NCBI GenBank assembly: GCA_963749075.1 | Contig: CAVVLJ010000004.1 | Span: forward strand, 160,001 to 224,000 | DNA length: 64,000 nucleotides | Source: an uncultured Pseudomonadota bacterium | GTDB lineage: Bacteria > Pseudomonadota > Alphaproteobacteria > JACZXZ01 | Reading direction: 5' to 3' | Shown here: positions 38,390 to 48,937 of the stretch, piece after piece | How positions within the stretch are numbered: the first letter of the stretch is position 1 | How the letters are laid out: the number at the start of each line of letters is the position of its first letter | The notes under the pieces: model-generated | What the model saw: only the letters and a program-made list of their open reading frames with translations | Told to the model about the DNA's origin: nothing | Databases searched by the model: none | Translations under genes and position numbers: made by a program

Positions 38390-39454
38390 TTACGCCGGCA
38401 CGCGCGGGCTCTCGAGCGCGAGACCGAGGCTTTGCGCCGCCGCCACGATCTCGCGCCAGGTCTCGGCGTCGACCGGCACGCCACAGCGCATGCGCTCCCG
38501 GCGCATGAGGCGCTCGGGATCGCCGGGCACGAGCACCGGCTCGTCCGACCGCAGCGGAGGCGAGGCGGTAACGTAGCGGGTGATCGCCGCGATCTCCTCC
38601 GCCATGGCACCGCACCCGGAGATGCGCGCGGGATCGATGACGAAGCTCAGCATGCTATTGGTGATGGTGCCCTGATGCTGGTGCTCGGGCTTGAGGGTGC
38701 CGCCGCCGCCCACGGCGCCCGCGAGGAGCTCGCAGATGAAGGCAAGCGCGTAGCCCTTGTGCTCGGCAAAGGGCAGCAAGGCGCCGCGCGGCTCGCGGAA
38801 CATGACGCCGGGATCGCTCGACGGCCGCCCCTCGGCGTCGATCACGCGGCCGGGCGGGAGCGCCTCGCCCTTGTTGCGGGCGACGCGCACCTTGCCCATG
38901 GCGGCGCGGCTCGTCGCCATGTCGAGGATGATGGGGCGCCCGGGCTCGGCGGCCGGCACGGCTATGCACACCGGATTGGTCGAGAGCCGCGCGTCGCTTC
39001 CCCGGTGCGGGGCGACGAGCGCCGTGTGGCCGTGCACGTTGACGAAGCTCACCGACACCAGTCCGGCCTCCGCGGCAAGCTCGCCGTAAGCGCCGACGCG
39101 GCCGATGTGATGGGCGTTGCGCAGCGCCAGCACGGCGACGCCGCTCGCCCGCGCGCGGGCGATGGCGAGCCGCGTCGCCTCCCGGGCGACCACCTGGCCG
39201 TAGCCGCGCTCGCCGTCGTAGACGAGGAAGGCACCCTCGCTCGCGAGCGCGCGGCCCTTGCGGTTGGGCACCACCGTGCCGGCCTTGAGATTGGCTATGT
39301 AGCGCGGGATCATGCCGATACCGTGGCTGTCGTGGCCGCTCAGATTCGCACCGACGAGATGGTCGGCGATGGTCTCCGCCTCCTCCCGCGCGCTCAGCCC
39401 CGCCTCGAAGATGCGCGCGGCCACAGCCCGCAGCTCTTGATGATCGATCAGCAT
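38390..39454 (-). CDS. Ldh_2 family (malate/L-lactate/ureidoglycolate) dehydrogenase
   Basis: ANLSGHDSHG, HHIGRVG, STNP, LDMATS, HKGYAL, VPGDPE. Confidence 0.9.
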   Translation of the reverse strand: MLIDHQELRAVAARIFEAGLSAREEAETIADHLVGANLSGHDSHGIGMIPRYIANLKAGTVVPNRKGRALASEGAFLVYDGERGYGQVVAREATRLAIARARASGVAVLALRNAHHIGRVGAYGELAAEAGLVSVSFVNVHGHTALVAPHRGSDARLSTNPVCIAVPAAEPGRPIILDMATSRAAMGKVRVARNKGEALPPGRVIDAEGRPSSDPGVMFREPRGALLPFAEHKGYALAFICELLAGAVGGGGTLKPEHQHQGTITNSMLSFVIDPARISGCGAMAEEIAAITRYVTASPPLRSDEPVLVPGDPERLMRRERMRCGVPVDAETWREIVAAAQSLGLALESPRVPA

Positions 39455-39539
39455 TGCCTTCCTTTCTTCTTAAGCCGGCCGGAAGCGGTGTCTCGACATT
39501 TAGCATGGCGTGCTCTCGGCCGGGGAGTCCCGGCGCCGC

Positions 39540-40716
39540 TCAGCGCGGCACGGGGAGGGGCGCCTCCGGCTCGTGCCAATAGCGGAGAATGACGTAGAGC
39601 GCCAAGCACAGCACGAGGATGATGAGCCCGACCACGCCGGGCCAGCCGAAGAGGTGCCAGGCGGGCGCCGGGGCCACGCCGCCGACGCTGCCGCCCACGT
39701 AGTAGAAGCTGACATAGAGCCCGACCGCGGTGGCGCGCGCCCGCCGCGCGGCGCCGGCGAGGTAGCTCGTGGCGCAGGTCTGAGCCACGAAGCCGCCGCC
39801 CGCGAGGAGCGCCAGCCCGGCGATCACCACCGGCAGCAGCGGGACGAGGGTCACGGCGAGTCCGAGGCCCCACAGCGCGTAGGCGCCGCTCACCACGGCG
39901 CGGCGGCCGTAGCGGCGGATGGCATGGCCGGTGACGGTGGTGAGGGCGATGCCCAGGAGATAGACGATGAAGATCGCGCCGAGCCCCGCCGGCGTGAGAT
40001 TGAAGGGCGGTGCCGCCAGGTAGAAGTTGACGTAGGTGAAGCCCGCCACGAAGGAGAAGAGCACGGTGAAGCCGACCACGTAGGTCGCGACGAGCCGCGG
40101 GTCGCGCAGGTTGCCGATCATGGCGGCGAGCGAGCTCGAGAAGTCCCGGGGAGCGCACGAAGTGCCGTTCGCGCGGCAGCGCCAGGCCGACTACGACGGC
40201 CGAGGCAAGCGTCACCGCCGCGAGCACGAGAAAGGCGCCGCGCCAGCTCCAGTACTCGCTCACCAGTCCGCTGATGAAGCGGCCGAGGAAGCCGCCGAGC
40301 CCGCTCCCCGCGATATAGACGCCGGTGACCGCGGGGATCTCGGCGAGCGGCCATTCGTCGCCGATATAGACCACGGTGATCGCGAAGATGGGCGGCAGCA
40401 GGAGCCCCTGCACGAAGCGCAGCAGGATGATCTGGTGGAGGCTGGTGGCCGCGGCAAGCAGCACGGTCGGCACCGCGAGAAGTGCAATGGCGCCCACGAT
40501 GATGCGCTTGCGCCCGAGGAAATCCGAGATGATGCCGACGAAGGGGGCGACCAGCGCCACCGAGAAGGTGATGGCGCTGACCGTCAGGCTCACCTCGGCC
40601 GGGCTGGCGGCGAACTCGTGGGCGAAGAGCGGCAGGAGCGACTGGGTGGCATAGAGATTGATGAAGGCGGAGAGGGCGGCGAGCGCTACGGCCAGTCGTC
40701 GCGGATCGGAGAGCAT
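39540..40716 (-). CDS. MFS transporter (YnfM-like), frameshift near 40138
   Basis: NLYATQ, ISDFLGRKR, RFVQG in one frame; FTYVNFYLAAPPF, GLYVSFYYVGG in the next; together about 12 TM. Confidence 0.82.
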
Positions 40717-40941
40717 GGTGCGGCCCGGCCTCGCCTCTCTTCGGCTGGGCTCTGCTATATCAGCCTGGCGCCGCGCGGGAAGCGGAATCTTGGCAGCGCG
40801 CGGCGCGGCGCTCGCTTTAGCTGCTTAAGCCGTTGATTAATGTAAAAGATGTTCCTTTTCCGCGGAGCCGGGCCGGGCTTCCGTTGCGCCGCAGCACAAA
40901 AAGGTCTAAACACTCGCCCTCCTAACGACCAGATAGGGCGC

Positions 40942-42834
40942 ATGGCGCAAATCACCGCGGACGAGGGCGCGGGACTTCGATCCAAGGCGCAGCAGGGACT
41001 GATCCTGGGCGCGCTGGGCGTCGTCTATGGGGATATCGGCACCTCGCCGCTCTACACGATCAAGCAGTGTTTCGACAGCGGCACGCCCTTGAGCCACGAG
41101 GCGGTGCTCGGCGTGCTCTCGCTCATCGCCTGGGCGCTCATCGTCGTGGTCGCCCTCAAGTACGTCGTCGTCATCATGCGCGCGGACAACCGCGGCGAAG
41201 GCGGCATCCTCGCCTTGACGGCGTTGGCGCTGCGCACGGCGAGCCGGCGCGGCAGGCGCCACCGCCTGATCCTCGCCGCCGGGCTGGTGGGGGCGGCGCT
41301 CTTCTACGGCGACGGGGTCATCACCCCCGCCATCTCCGTGCTCTCCGCGGTCGAGGGGCTCAAGATCGCGACCCCGATGCTCGATCCCTACGTGCTGCCC
41401 ATCACGGTGGTGCTGCTGGTTCTCCTCTTCCTCTTCCAGCGCCGCGGCACGGCGCGGGTCGGCAGCCTCTTCGGTCCCGTGATGGCCGTGTGGTTCGCCA
41501 CGATCGCCGTGCTCGGCGCCATCGAGCTTGCCATGCAGCCGAGCATCCTCCTCGCGCTCGATCCCAGCCACGGCATCCGCCTCCTCGCCGATCATCCGTG
41601 GCGCGGCTTCGTGCTCATGGGGGCGGTGGTGCTGGCGGTCACCGGCACCGAGGCGCTCTATGCCGACATGGGCCACTTCGGCCGCGGACCGATCCGCGCC
41701 ACCTGGTTCTGGATCGTCTTCCCGAGCCTGCTGCTCAACTATTTCGGCCAGGGTGCCTTGCTGCTGCGCACGCCCGAGGCGCTCGACAATCCCTTCTACC
41801 GCCTGGCGCCGGGCTGGGCCCTCTATCCGCTCGTGGTGCTCTCCTCCGCGGCGACCGTGATCGCCTCCCAGGCGGTCATCTCGGGCGCCTTCTCCATGAC
41901 GCGCCAGGCGGTGCAGCTCGGCTACCTGCCGCGCCTCAACATCCGCCACACGTCTGCGTCCGAGGCCGGGCAGATCTACGTGCCCAAGGTCAATTTCCTC
42001 CTCCTCGTGGCGGTGATCGCGCTCGTGCTCGGCTTCAAGTCCTCGGACAATCTGGGTGCCGCCTACGGCATCGCGGTGACCGGGACCATGTCGCTCACCA
42101 CCGTGCTGGCCTGCACCTACATGGTGGGCGTGGTCGGCTGGAAGCCGGTCATCGCCTTGCCGCTCTTCGGCTTCTTCCTCTTGGTCGACCTCTTCTTCTT
42201 CGCCGCCAACATGCTCAAGGTCGACCAGGGCGGCTGGTTCCCGCTGCTGGTTGCGGCCTTCCTCTACATCCTGATGTCGAGCTGGATGCGGGGCCGCGCC
42301 GTGCTGTTCTCCCAGCGCGGCAAGGACGCGCTGCCGCTCGACACCTTCCTCAAATCGATCCGGCCGGGCCACCCCGAGCGCGTCCCCGGCACCGCGATCT
42401 TCATGACCGGCAACATCGACCAGGTGCCGGCGGCCATGCTGCACAACCTCAAGCACAACAAGGTGCTGCACGAGCGGGTGGTGCTCATGACCGTGCACAC
42501 CGAGGACATCCCGCGCGTGACCGAGGAGCAGCGCGTCGCGATCCGCCACTTCGACCACAACTTCCACACCGTGTCGCTCCACTACGGCTTCATGGAGGAG
42601 CCCAACATCCCGCGCGCGCTGGCGCAATGCCGCGTGCTGCAGTTCCGCTTCAACCTCATGGAGACCTCCTTCTTCGTCGGCCGCGAGAAGATCGTGAAGG
42701 CCAAGCGCTCGCCCATCTCGCGCTGGCGCCAGGAGATCTTCATCCTGCTCTCCGGCACGATGGTGAGCGTCACCGACTTCTTCCGCATCCCGTCCAATCG
42801 CGTGATCGAGCTCGGCGGTCAGATCGAGGTCTGA
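40942..42834 (+). CDS. kup: KUP/HAK/KT potassium transporter
   Basis: GVVYGDIGTSPLY, ADNRGEGG, EALYADMGHFG, AYGIAVT, HNKVLHE, YGFME, IELGGQIEV. Confidence 0.96.
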   Translation: MAQITADEGAGLRSKAQQGLILGALGVVYGDIGTSPLYTIKQCFDSGTPLSHEAVLGVLSLIAWALIVVVALKYVVVIMRADNRGEGGILALTALALRTASRRGRRHRLILAAGLVGAALFYGDGVITPAISVLSAVEGLKIATPMLDPYVLPITVVLLVLLFLFQRRGTARVGSLFGPVMAVWFATIAVLGAIELAMQPSILLALDPSHGIRLLADHPWRGFVLMGAVVLAVTGTEALYADMGHFGRGPIRATWFWIVFPSLLLNYFGQGALLLRTPEALDNPFYRLAPGWALYPLVVLSSAATVIASQAVISGAFSMTRQAVQLGYLPRLNIRHTSASEAGQIYVPKVNFLLLVAVIALVLGFKSSDNLGAAYGIAVTGTMSLTTVLACTYMVGVVGWKPVIALPLFGFFLLVDLFFFAANMLKVDQGGWFPLLVAAFLYILMSSWMRGRAVLFSQRGKDALPLDTFLKSIRPGHPERVPGTAIFMTGNIDQVPAAMLHNLKHNKVLHERVVLMTVHTEDIPRVTEEQRVAIRHFDHNFHTVSLHYGFMEEPNIPRALAQCRVLQFRFNLMETSFFVGREKIVKAKRSPISRWRQEIFILLSGTMVSVTDFFRIPSNRVIELGGQIEV

Positions 42835-42926
42835 GCGCGCGGCCGGAAACCCCTTTCAAATCAGCACTCCCGCGCATTATATAAAGCGACGGGGGGATGG
42901 CGGTGCTAGCTGCGGGGCGATGACCC

Positions 42927-43580
42927 ATGCGCCGGACTTGGCTCAAGCTCTTCGTTTCGACTGTCGTCCTCCTGCTCGCGCCGCAGGCGTTGCCGCGCGC
43001 GGCGCCAGGCGGTGCGGCTCCCGCGGCGGCAAACTCCCTCGCCGGCCAGCTGCTGATCGCCTCGCCCGAGATGGGCGACCCGCGCTTCCGGCATACGGTC
43101 ATCCTCATGGTGCGCCACAATAGCGAGGGCGCCTTCGGCATCGTCATCAATCGGCCGATCGAGGAGCGCTCGCTCGCGAGCCTGCTCGAGGCGATCGGTC
43201 AAAGCAGCACCGGAGTCGAGGGAAGCGTGCGCATCTTCGCGGGCGGCCCGGTGCAGCGCACGGTCGGCTTCATCCTGCACAGCAGCGACTATCACCGCTC
43301 CGGCACCGTCGATATCGACAGCCGCCTGGCGATGACCACCAGTCCGGACATCCTCCACGACATGGGCGTGCGCAAGGGGCCGAAGCAGAGCCTCGTCGCC
43401 TTCGGCTATGCCGGCTGGGGCCCCGGCCAGCTCGAGGGCGAGCTGCAGCGCCACGACTGGTTCACGGCGCCCGAGGATCCGAAGCTCGTCTTCGACGACG
43501 ATCGCGACCAAGTGTGGGACGACGCCATGGCGCGGCGCACGCTGGATTCTGAGGTGCGGGCACTGAGGTGCGGGCACTGA
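42927..43580 (+). CDS. yqgE: YqgE/AlgH family protein with signal-like N-terminus
   Basis: LLIA.P.M.DPRF..TVI, GIVINRP, GGPV, GYAGWGPGQLE.E; true stop may be near 43552. Confidence 0.85.
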   Translation: MRRTWLKLFVSTVVLLLAPQALPRAAPGGAAPAAANSLAGQLLIASPEMGDPRFRHTVILMVRHNSEGAFGIVINRPIEERSLASLLEAIGQSSTGVEGSVRIFAGGPVQRTVGFILHSSDYHRSGTVDIDSRLAMTTSPDILHDMGVRKGPKQSLVAFGYAGWGPGQLEGELQRHDWFTAPEDPKLVFDDDRDQVWDDAMARRTLDSEVRALRCGH

Positions 43581-43603
43581 GGTGCGGGCTCTGAGGCGCG
43601 GGC
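43549..43603 (+). repeat. 14-bp tandem repeat, 4 copies
   Basis: CTGAGGTGCGGGCA x2, CTGAGGTGCGGGCT, CTGAGGCGCGGGC. Confidence 0.9.
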
Positions 43604-43746
43604 CCGCGTGATCCGCCTTCACGCGACGGGGGACGAATTTGCGTTTGTCCCGAACGTTCCCGCGCCCCAATTGAGACTCTGTGCCGCCCCGCGGGGCCGG
43701 GCGCCTTCGGTGCTCGCCCGCACGACGGGGATCGAGGGGGGAAGCC

Positions 43747-44010
43747 ATGATCTCCATGTTGGGGAGCCTCATGTCCGCTCTTGCCGGGTTGCGCTCGGAG
43801 CATATCGCAGGCTGCGGCGGGCATGCCGGCGTTGCGCGGCTCGACCTTGAGGCAGCGCGGCGCGCGCGGGCGGAGAAGCGGGACCTGGAGCCCTATCTCG
43901 AGGCGGCGAGTCCCGGCGGCGGCAAGGCGCCCGGCCGGGGTGCACGCGGGCGCGCTCGGCCGCCTGCCGGCGGCGGCTGCACGGTGATCCGCTTTCGCAA
44001 GCGGGCCTAG
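43747..44010 (+). CDS. Small hypothetical protein
   Basis: GAGGGGG SD; ends VIRFRKRA; no family recognised. Confidence 0.45.
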   Translation: MISMLGSLMSALAGLRSEHIAGCGGHAGVARLDLEAARRARAEKRDLEPYLEAASPGGGKAPGRGARGRARPPAGGGCTVIRFRKRA

Positions 44011-44133
44011 GCTCCGGCGCCGCAGGGGCGGGGTGCGCTCCGCCTTGCCTGCGCCGGCAAAAAAGCCCATCTTTCCGGCGCGACGGAGGTCATCCGGCGG
44101 ACGTCGGCCAAGTCACCCAGCAAGGAGGGGATC

Positions 44134-44391
44134 ATGATCGCGAAAGACCGCATGAAACTGGTTGGTGCCATGACGTTGGTCGCGCTGGTGTCTTTCGGCG
44201 CAGGCACGTTCGCGCAAGTGCGCTACCCCGAGATCGTCCGCGCCGAGAACCAGCTCAACGGCGCCCTCAACGACCTCAATCATGCCCGCGATGTGTTTGG
44301 CGGGCACAAGCAGAACGCCGCGGGGTTCATCAACCAGGCGATCGGCGAGCTCGAGGCCGGCAAGCAGTTTGCCGCCCAGCACGGCTACTGA
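44134..44391 (+). CDS. Small secreted helical protein
   Basis: AAGGAGGGG SD; signal peptide; A..L..A...L..A...FGGH...A...I.QA..EL pattern. Confidence 0.7.
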   Translation: MIAKDRMKLVGAMTLVALVSFGAGTFAQVRYPEIVRAENQLNGALNDLNHARDVFGGHKQNAAGFINQAIGELEAGKQFAAQHGY

Positions 44392-44521
44392 GCAGCGGCG
44401 CGGAAAACATTGCGGCCGAGCGGGCGGCCGTCGTCGCACCGGCGGGGCGCCTCGACGCGGTTCCCGGCGGGCTTCTCGCGAGGCAAGCCGGCGTTCGTCG
44501 GCCGAGGACCCGCATCCATGC

Positions 44522-47035
44522 CTATGGCGGCGGTCCCCCCGCGCCGCCTCCGCCGGCCGCAGGCTCGTGCGGCTCTACCGGCGTGCGCGCCTGGGCAAGC
44601 GCCCGCGCAACCGCCTCCGCGTTGCGCAGATTGACGTCGCGCTGCGGGAAGGGGATTTCGACGCCCGCCTCGCGCAACGCCTTGTCGATGGCGAAATAAA
44701 GATCGCTCGAGACGAAGGCGCGCTGCTCCACGTCGCCGATGAAGGCGCGCAGCTCGAACTGCAGCGCGCTGTCGCCGAACTCGGTGAACAGCACGTGCGG
44801 CTCCGGCCAGCTCAGCACCTGGCGGTGCTCGCGCGCGCAGGCGAGCAGCAGCTCGCGCACCCTCTCGGTCTCCGAGCCGTAGGCGATGCCGACCTTGATG
44901 TCCAGCCGCCCGTATTTGTCGCGGTGCGTCCAGTTGGTCACCGCACCCGAGAGGAGCTCCGAGTTGGGGATGATCACCGAGGCGCGGCGGAAGGTCTCGA
45001 TCTCGGTCGCGCGCACGCTGATGCGCGTGACGAAGCCCTCGTGCTGGCCGACCACGATCCAGTCGCCCACCTTGACCGGCCGCTCGATGAGGAGGATGAG
45101 GCCCGAGACGAAGTTGTTGACGATGTTCTGCAGCCCGAAGCCGATGCCGACCGAGAGCGCGCCCGCGATGATCGCCAGGTTGGACACGCTGAGGCCGAGG
45201 GTCGCGATGGCGAAGCCGGCGGCGGCGATGAAGCCGATATAGCCGACGAAGGCCGAGAGCGAATGGCGCACGCCGGGATCGAGCCGCGTCTGCGGCAGGA
45301 GCTTCTCGTTGAGCAGGCGCTGGAAGAGCCGCGTCGCGGTCCAGAAGGCGGCGAAGACCAGGATGGCGAGCAGGATGTCGCCGAGCGAGAGGCGGATGTT
45401 GCCCACCTCGACGCCGCGGAGAGCGCCTCCCGCCCACAGGCCGAGCGTGCTCGAGGGCACGCCCCACAGCCTGAGCGTGAGTGCGATGCCCGAGAGGATG
45501 AGGAGGAAGTCGAGCGCCGTCTCCGCCCAGAAGGCGAAGAGACGGCCGCCTTGCTCGCTCAAGGCGAGCGCGCTCCGCATGCGCGAGGCGGCCGGGCCGT
45601 CGGACGCCAGGAGCAGCGCCACGACCTCGCGCAGCATCGTGCGCAGCAGGAGGAAGGCCCCCACCACCAGGCCGGTGATCACGACGCGCGAGACGATATG
45701 CGCGGCGAGGTTGGCGTATCCGGAGAGCGCCAGGATGGGGACGGCCACGAGGGTGGCGGCGATGAGGAGGCGGAGCGCCGGCCAGAGCCAGCGCTTTCTC
45801 TCCGCTCGCTGCGCCGCCTCCGCCTCCGGCTCCGCGTCCGCCTTCGCCTCCGCCTCGGCGCTGCTGTCGATGCGCCACAGCCGGCGCTGCAGGAGCGCTA
45901 GGGTGAGGCCGGCGATGAGCGTGTCGAAGATGAGGCCGAGCAGGTTGAAGAGCTCGCGCGCATCGGCGCGCAGCGGATGGGTCGCGACGCCGATGACGAG
46001 GGTCACCGCCACGGCGGCGGCCAGTGCGGTAAGCCGGCGCGCCAGCGTGCGCGAGGCTTGCGCCTCGAACGGCACGATGCGCCAGCCCGGCGCATCGGGG
46101 GCGAGCGCCGCGCGCGCGAGGGCCGAGGTGAGCGAGAAGAAGGTGATGCCGACGAGGACGCCCTCGACCATGTCGGCGAAAAGTCCCGTCACGAGCTCCT
46201 CGCCGAGCAGCACCGCGATGAGCGCGACGAACCCGATCGCCGGCAGGAGGCCGCGCGCCAGCCCCTCGGCTCCCGCCGCGAGCACGCGCCGCGCATAGCT
46301 CGGCTCGGCGATGTCGAGGCGATGGCCGTAGCGCCTGAGGAACCAGTTGCGCAGAGGCCAGCCGACGCCGAGCGCCAAGAGGGCGAGGAGGGCGATCCAG
46401 CTGAGGTTGATCAACTCGAGCTGCGCGAACGGGCTCGAGCTCCACCACGCGACGGGCGCGCCGCCAAGCAGGCCGAGCACGTCGGCCAACTGACGCGCGG
46501 CCGCCTCGAGGACCGGGCGGGAGAACGGCGGCGCCTCGCGCGCGAGCAAGAGGCGGGCGAGCTGCTCGTTGCCGATGCGCGTGTTGTCGAGGTCGAGTGC
46601 CGCCGCGCGGGCGATGGTCAGATCGGCCTGCTTGACGCGCGAATCGTAGCGCGCGATCTCGTCGTTGAGCTGCTGGCGCTGACGCGCCACGTCGGGGAGC
46701 TCCGGCGGCTGGCCCTTGGCGGGCGGCGGGCCGAGCGCCGTGAGCTGGTCCGCCAAGGGCTTGCGCTGAGCGAGCGCGCCGGCGCGCGCGGCCGCGGCCG
46801 CCGTGCGCACGGCCGCCACCTTGGCGCGCAGCTCGTCGAGCGCTTCGCGTTGCGCCTCGGGGCCGCCGAGTGCTGTCTGTACGGCGTCGAGCGCCCGCCG
46901 CCATTCGTCGGCGACCAGGCTGAAGGCGTGCTGCTGCGCCTCCGCCGCCGCCGCCGCGGGCTGGGCGTGCGCCACCGGTGCCGCAAGTGCGAGCAGCAGA
47001 AGGGCGCATGCGATTGGGCGCAGGATAGGTGTCAC
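44522..47035 (-). CDS. MscS-family mechanosensitive channel with a long periplasmic/TM N-terminus (DUF3772 type)
   Basis: GALSVGIGFGLQNIVNNFVSGLILLIERP.KVGD, IIPNS, VTNWT, IPFPQR; coiled coil with LGPPP. Confidence 0.9.
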   Translation of the reverse strand: MTPILRPIACALLLLALAAPVAHAQPAAAAAEAQQHAFSLVADEWRRALDAVQTALGGPEAQREALDELRAKVAAVRTAAAAARAGALAQRKPLADQLTALGPPPAKGQPPELPDVARQRQQLNDEIARYDSRVKQADLTIARAAALDLDNTRIGNEQLARLLLAREAPPFSRPVLEAAARQLADVLGLLGGAPVAWWSSSPFAQLELINLSWIALLALLALGVGWPLRNWFLRRYGHRLDIAEPSYARRVLAAGAEGLARGLLPAIGFVALIAVLLGEELVTGLFADMVEGVLVGITFFSLTSALARAALAPDAPGWRIVPFEAQASRTLARRLTALAAAVAVTLVIGVATHPLRADARELFNLLGLIFDTLIAGLTLALLQRRLWRIDSSAEAEAKADAEPEAEAAQRAERKRWLWPALRLLIAATLVAVPILALSGYANLAAHIVSRVVITGLVVGAFLLLRTMLREVVALLLASDGPAASRMRSALALSEQGGRLFAFWAETALDFLLILSGIALTLRLWGVPSSTLGLWAGGALRGVEVGNIRLSLGDILLAILVFAAFWTATRLFQRLLNEKLLPQTRLDPGVRHSLSAFVGYIGFIAAAGFAIATLGLSVSNLAIIAGALSVGIGFGLQNIVNNFVSGLILLIERPVKVGDWIVVGQHEGFVTRISVRATEIETFRRASVIIPNSELLSGAVTNWTHRDKYGRLDIKVGIAYGSETERVRELLLACAREHRQVLSWPEPHVLFTEFGDSALQFELRAFIGDVEQRAFVSSDLYFAIDKALREAGVEIPFPQRDVNLRNAEAVARALAQARTPVEPHEPAAGGGGAGGPPP

Positions 47036-47099
47036 CGCACGCTCGACGCTCGACGGGAAGGCGCCCTTCCTACACCCGCCCAAGGCGGCGAGTCACGCG

Positions 47100-47900
47100 T
47101 CAATCTGACGCGTCCCGCTGCTCGAAGGCGAAGGCGGCCATCGAAAGTGCGCCGTAGCTGAAGCTGTCGTGGAGCCGGCGGCCGCGCGCGCCGGCGCCGC
47201 CCGCGCCGAACGCGACGAAGAAGGGGAGGAAATGCTCCTCGCGCGGATGGACGCGGCGCGCCTCGGGTGCCAAGCGCCGGTAATCGGCGAGGCTCTTCTC
47301 GTCGCCCGCTTCGGCCGCGGCCGCCAGCCAGCGGTCGAAGGCAAGCACGTGGGGGAGCGGCGGCGCGTCCGCGGAGGAGCCGCGAAACTCGGCAAGATTA
47401 TGGGTGGCCCCGCCGCTTCCGAGCACGAGCACGCCCTCCCGGCGGAGCGCTGCCAGCGCGCGGCCGAGTGCCAGGTGGTGCGCGGGCCCCTGCGGCATCT
47501 GCACCGAGAGCTGGGCGACCGGGACGTCGGCCGCGGGATACATGAGAAGGAGCGGCACCCAGGCGCCGTGATCGAGGCCCTGCGCCGCATCCTCGGCGCA
47601 AGCGAAGCCCGCCGCCGCGAGGAGGCCGGCCGCGCGCGCAGCCAGCCGCGGGGCACCCGGTGCCGGATAGCCGAGCTCGTAAAGCGGGGCGGGAAAGCCG
47701 TAGAAATCGTGGATGGTCTCCGGCCGGGCGGCGCTGCTCACCATGGGCTCGCGCGTCTCCCAATGGGCCGAGATGCAGAGAATGGCCTCGGGCCGGCCGA
47801 GTGCGGCGCCGAGGCCTGAGAGAAAGGCGCGCGCAGGGCTCGCCGTCAGCGGCAAGGTCGGCGAGCCGTGCGAGACGAAGATGCTGGGGAGCGTGGTCAT
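47100..47900 (-). CDS. Class III extradiol ring-cleavage dioxygenase (YgiD/DOPA dioxygenase-like)
   Basis: SHGSP, SAHW, IHDFYGFP, LDHGAWVPL, GSG..THNL, HP..EHF.P. Confidence 0.92.
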   Translation of the reverse strand: MTTLPSIFVSHGSPTLPLTASPARAFLSGLGAALGRPEAILCISAHWETREPMVSSAARPETIHDFYGFPAPLYELGYPAPGAPRLAARAAGLLAAAGFACAEDAAQGLDHGAWVPLLLMYPAADVPVAQLSVQMPQGPAHHLALGRALAALRREGVLVLGSGGATHNLAEFRGSSADAPPLPHVLAFDRWLAAAAEAGDEKSLADYRRLAPEARRVHPREEHFLPFFVAFGAGGAGARGRRLHDSFSYGALSMAAFAFEQRDASD

Positions 47901-48000
47901 TGCCTTGGCCTTGCCGGTCCTTGGAGCGCGATCCTAGCAAGTCGAAACCCGATCGTCGCCCCTGCGAAAGCAGGGACCCGGAGGAAGTGCTCGCTGCCGG

Positions 48001-48858
48001 TCATCGGCTCCCTCTTCCCGCCTCGGGCTCGGGTGCTTGCGGCGGGCCGGCGGCGAAGACCGGCTCGCCGGCGAGCCAGCGGCGCGCGGCGTCCGGCTCG
48101 GAGAGCGCCCTCAGGAGGGCCGAGGCCAGGTCGAGCGGCTCGAGCGCGCGGCCCGCGTCGGCGCTGCCGGCGAGGAAGGCCGCCCAGGACGCGATTGAAG
48201 ATCGCCCAGCGCATGGCATAGACGGGCGGCCGGACCTTCTCGCCCTGGGCGGCGCGGCGGCACGCCTCCGCATCCATGGATTCGAGCCCGCGGCAGCTGA
48301 GCGGCCGCGCCTCGTAGACGGTGCAGCGCTCATCCGCGAGCAGCGGACAGGGAAGCGAGACGGCGAGGCGCTCGTCCTTGCTCATGGCGGCGGCCTCGGC
48401 GCAGGCGCTGCCATGAGCCCGGCGCGCTCGGCGGCCGAGAAGCGGTCGCGCACGTGCTGGGCCAGGCGCAGCACTTCCGCGGGTGCCGCCAGCACGCTCA
48501 GATGACAGCAATGGCTGCAGCCGGCGCGGCAGGCGATCGGCCGCTCCGGCGGCGCCATGCGGCACCCCTCGGCGGCGAGGCTCTCGGCGAGCGCAGCGGC
48601 TTCCGCGGCGAGCGTCATGAGGTCGGCCGGCCGCGGCCCGCCGGCCATCGCCTCGCCCACGACCTCGCGGGCGGCGAGGCCGCAGCGCTCCGGGAACGCG
48701 AGCTCGGGCCGCTCGATGCCGAGGCTGTCGACGCGCTTGCCCGCGCGCGCCGCAGCGCCCTTGGCGAGGCTGCCGCGGAGGTGCTGCTCGCGGCTCGCGG
48801 CACTGCCCGCGCGCAAGGCGGCAAGCCGAGCCGCATCGGCGCTTCGATCCGCGCTCAT
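48001..48858 (-). CDS. YkgJ-type cysteine-cluster (CxxCxxCC) protein, two frameshifts
   Basis: ACRAGCSHCCH (frame 1), CPLL..RC.VY..RPLSCR (frame 2), AA.RWLAGE..F (frame 3); shifts near 48400 and 48190. Confidence 0.7.
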
Positions 48859-48937
48859 GCTCGTTCCTCTCGTCCTGCCGCCGGGCGCAGGAATTATAGC
48901 AACGGTGGCGGCCCCGGTCGCGCCTCGCGGCGCTCGG

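Noticed and set aside
40825-40840. TTAA-N8-TTAA upstream of kup as a CtrA box
   Set aside because: The CtrA consensus spacing is N7.
43549-43603. Possible CRISPR array
   Set aside because: 14-bp units with no spacers and no cas genes; a simple tandem repeat.
44011-44066. Hairpin followed by an A-tract as an intrinsic terminator
   Set aside because: The tract is on the wrong side to give a U-tail after the stem on either strand.
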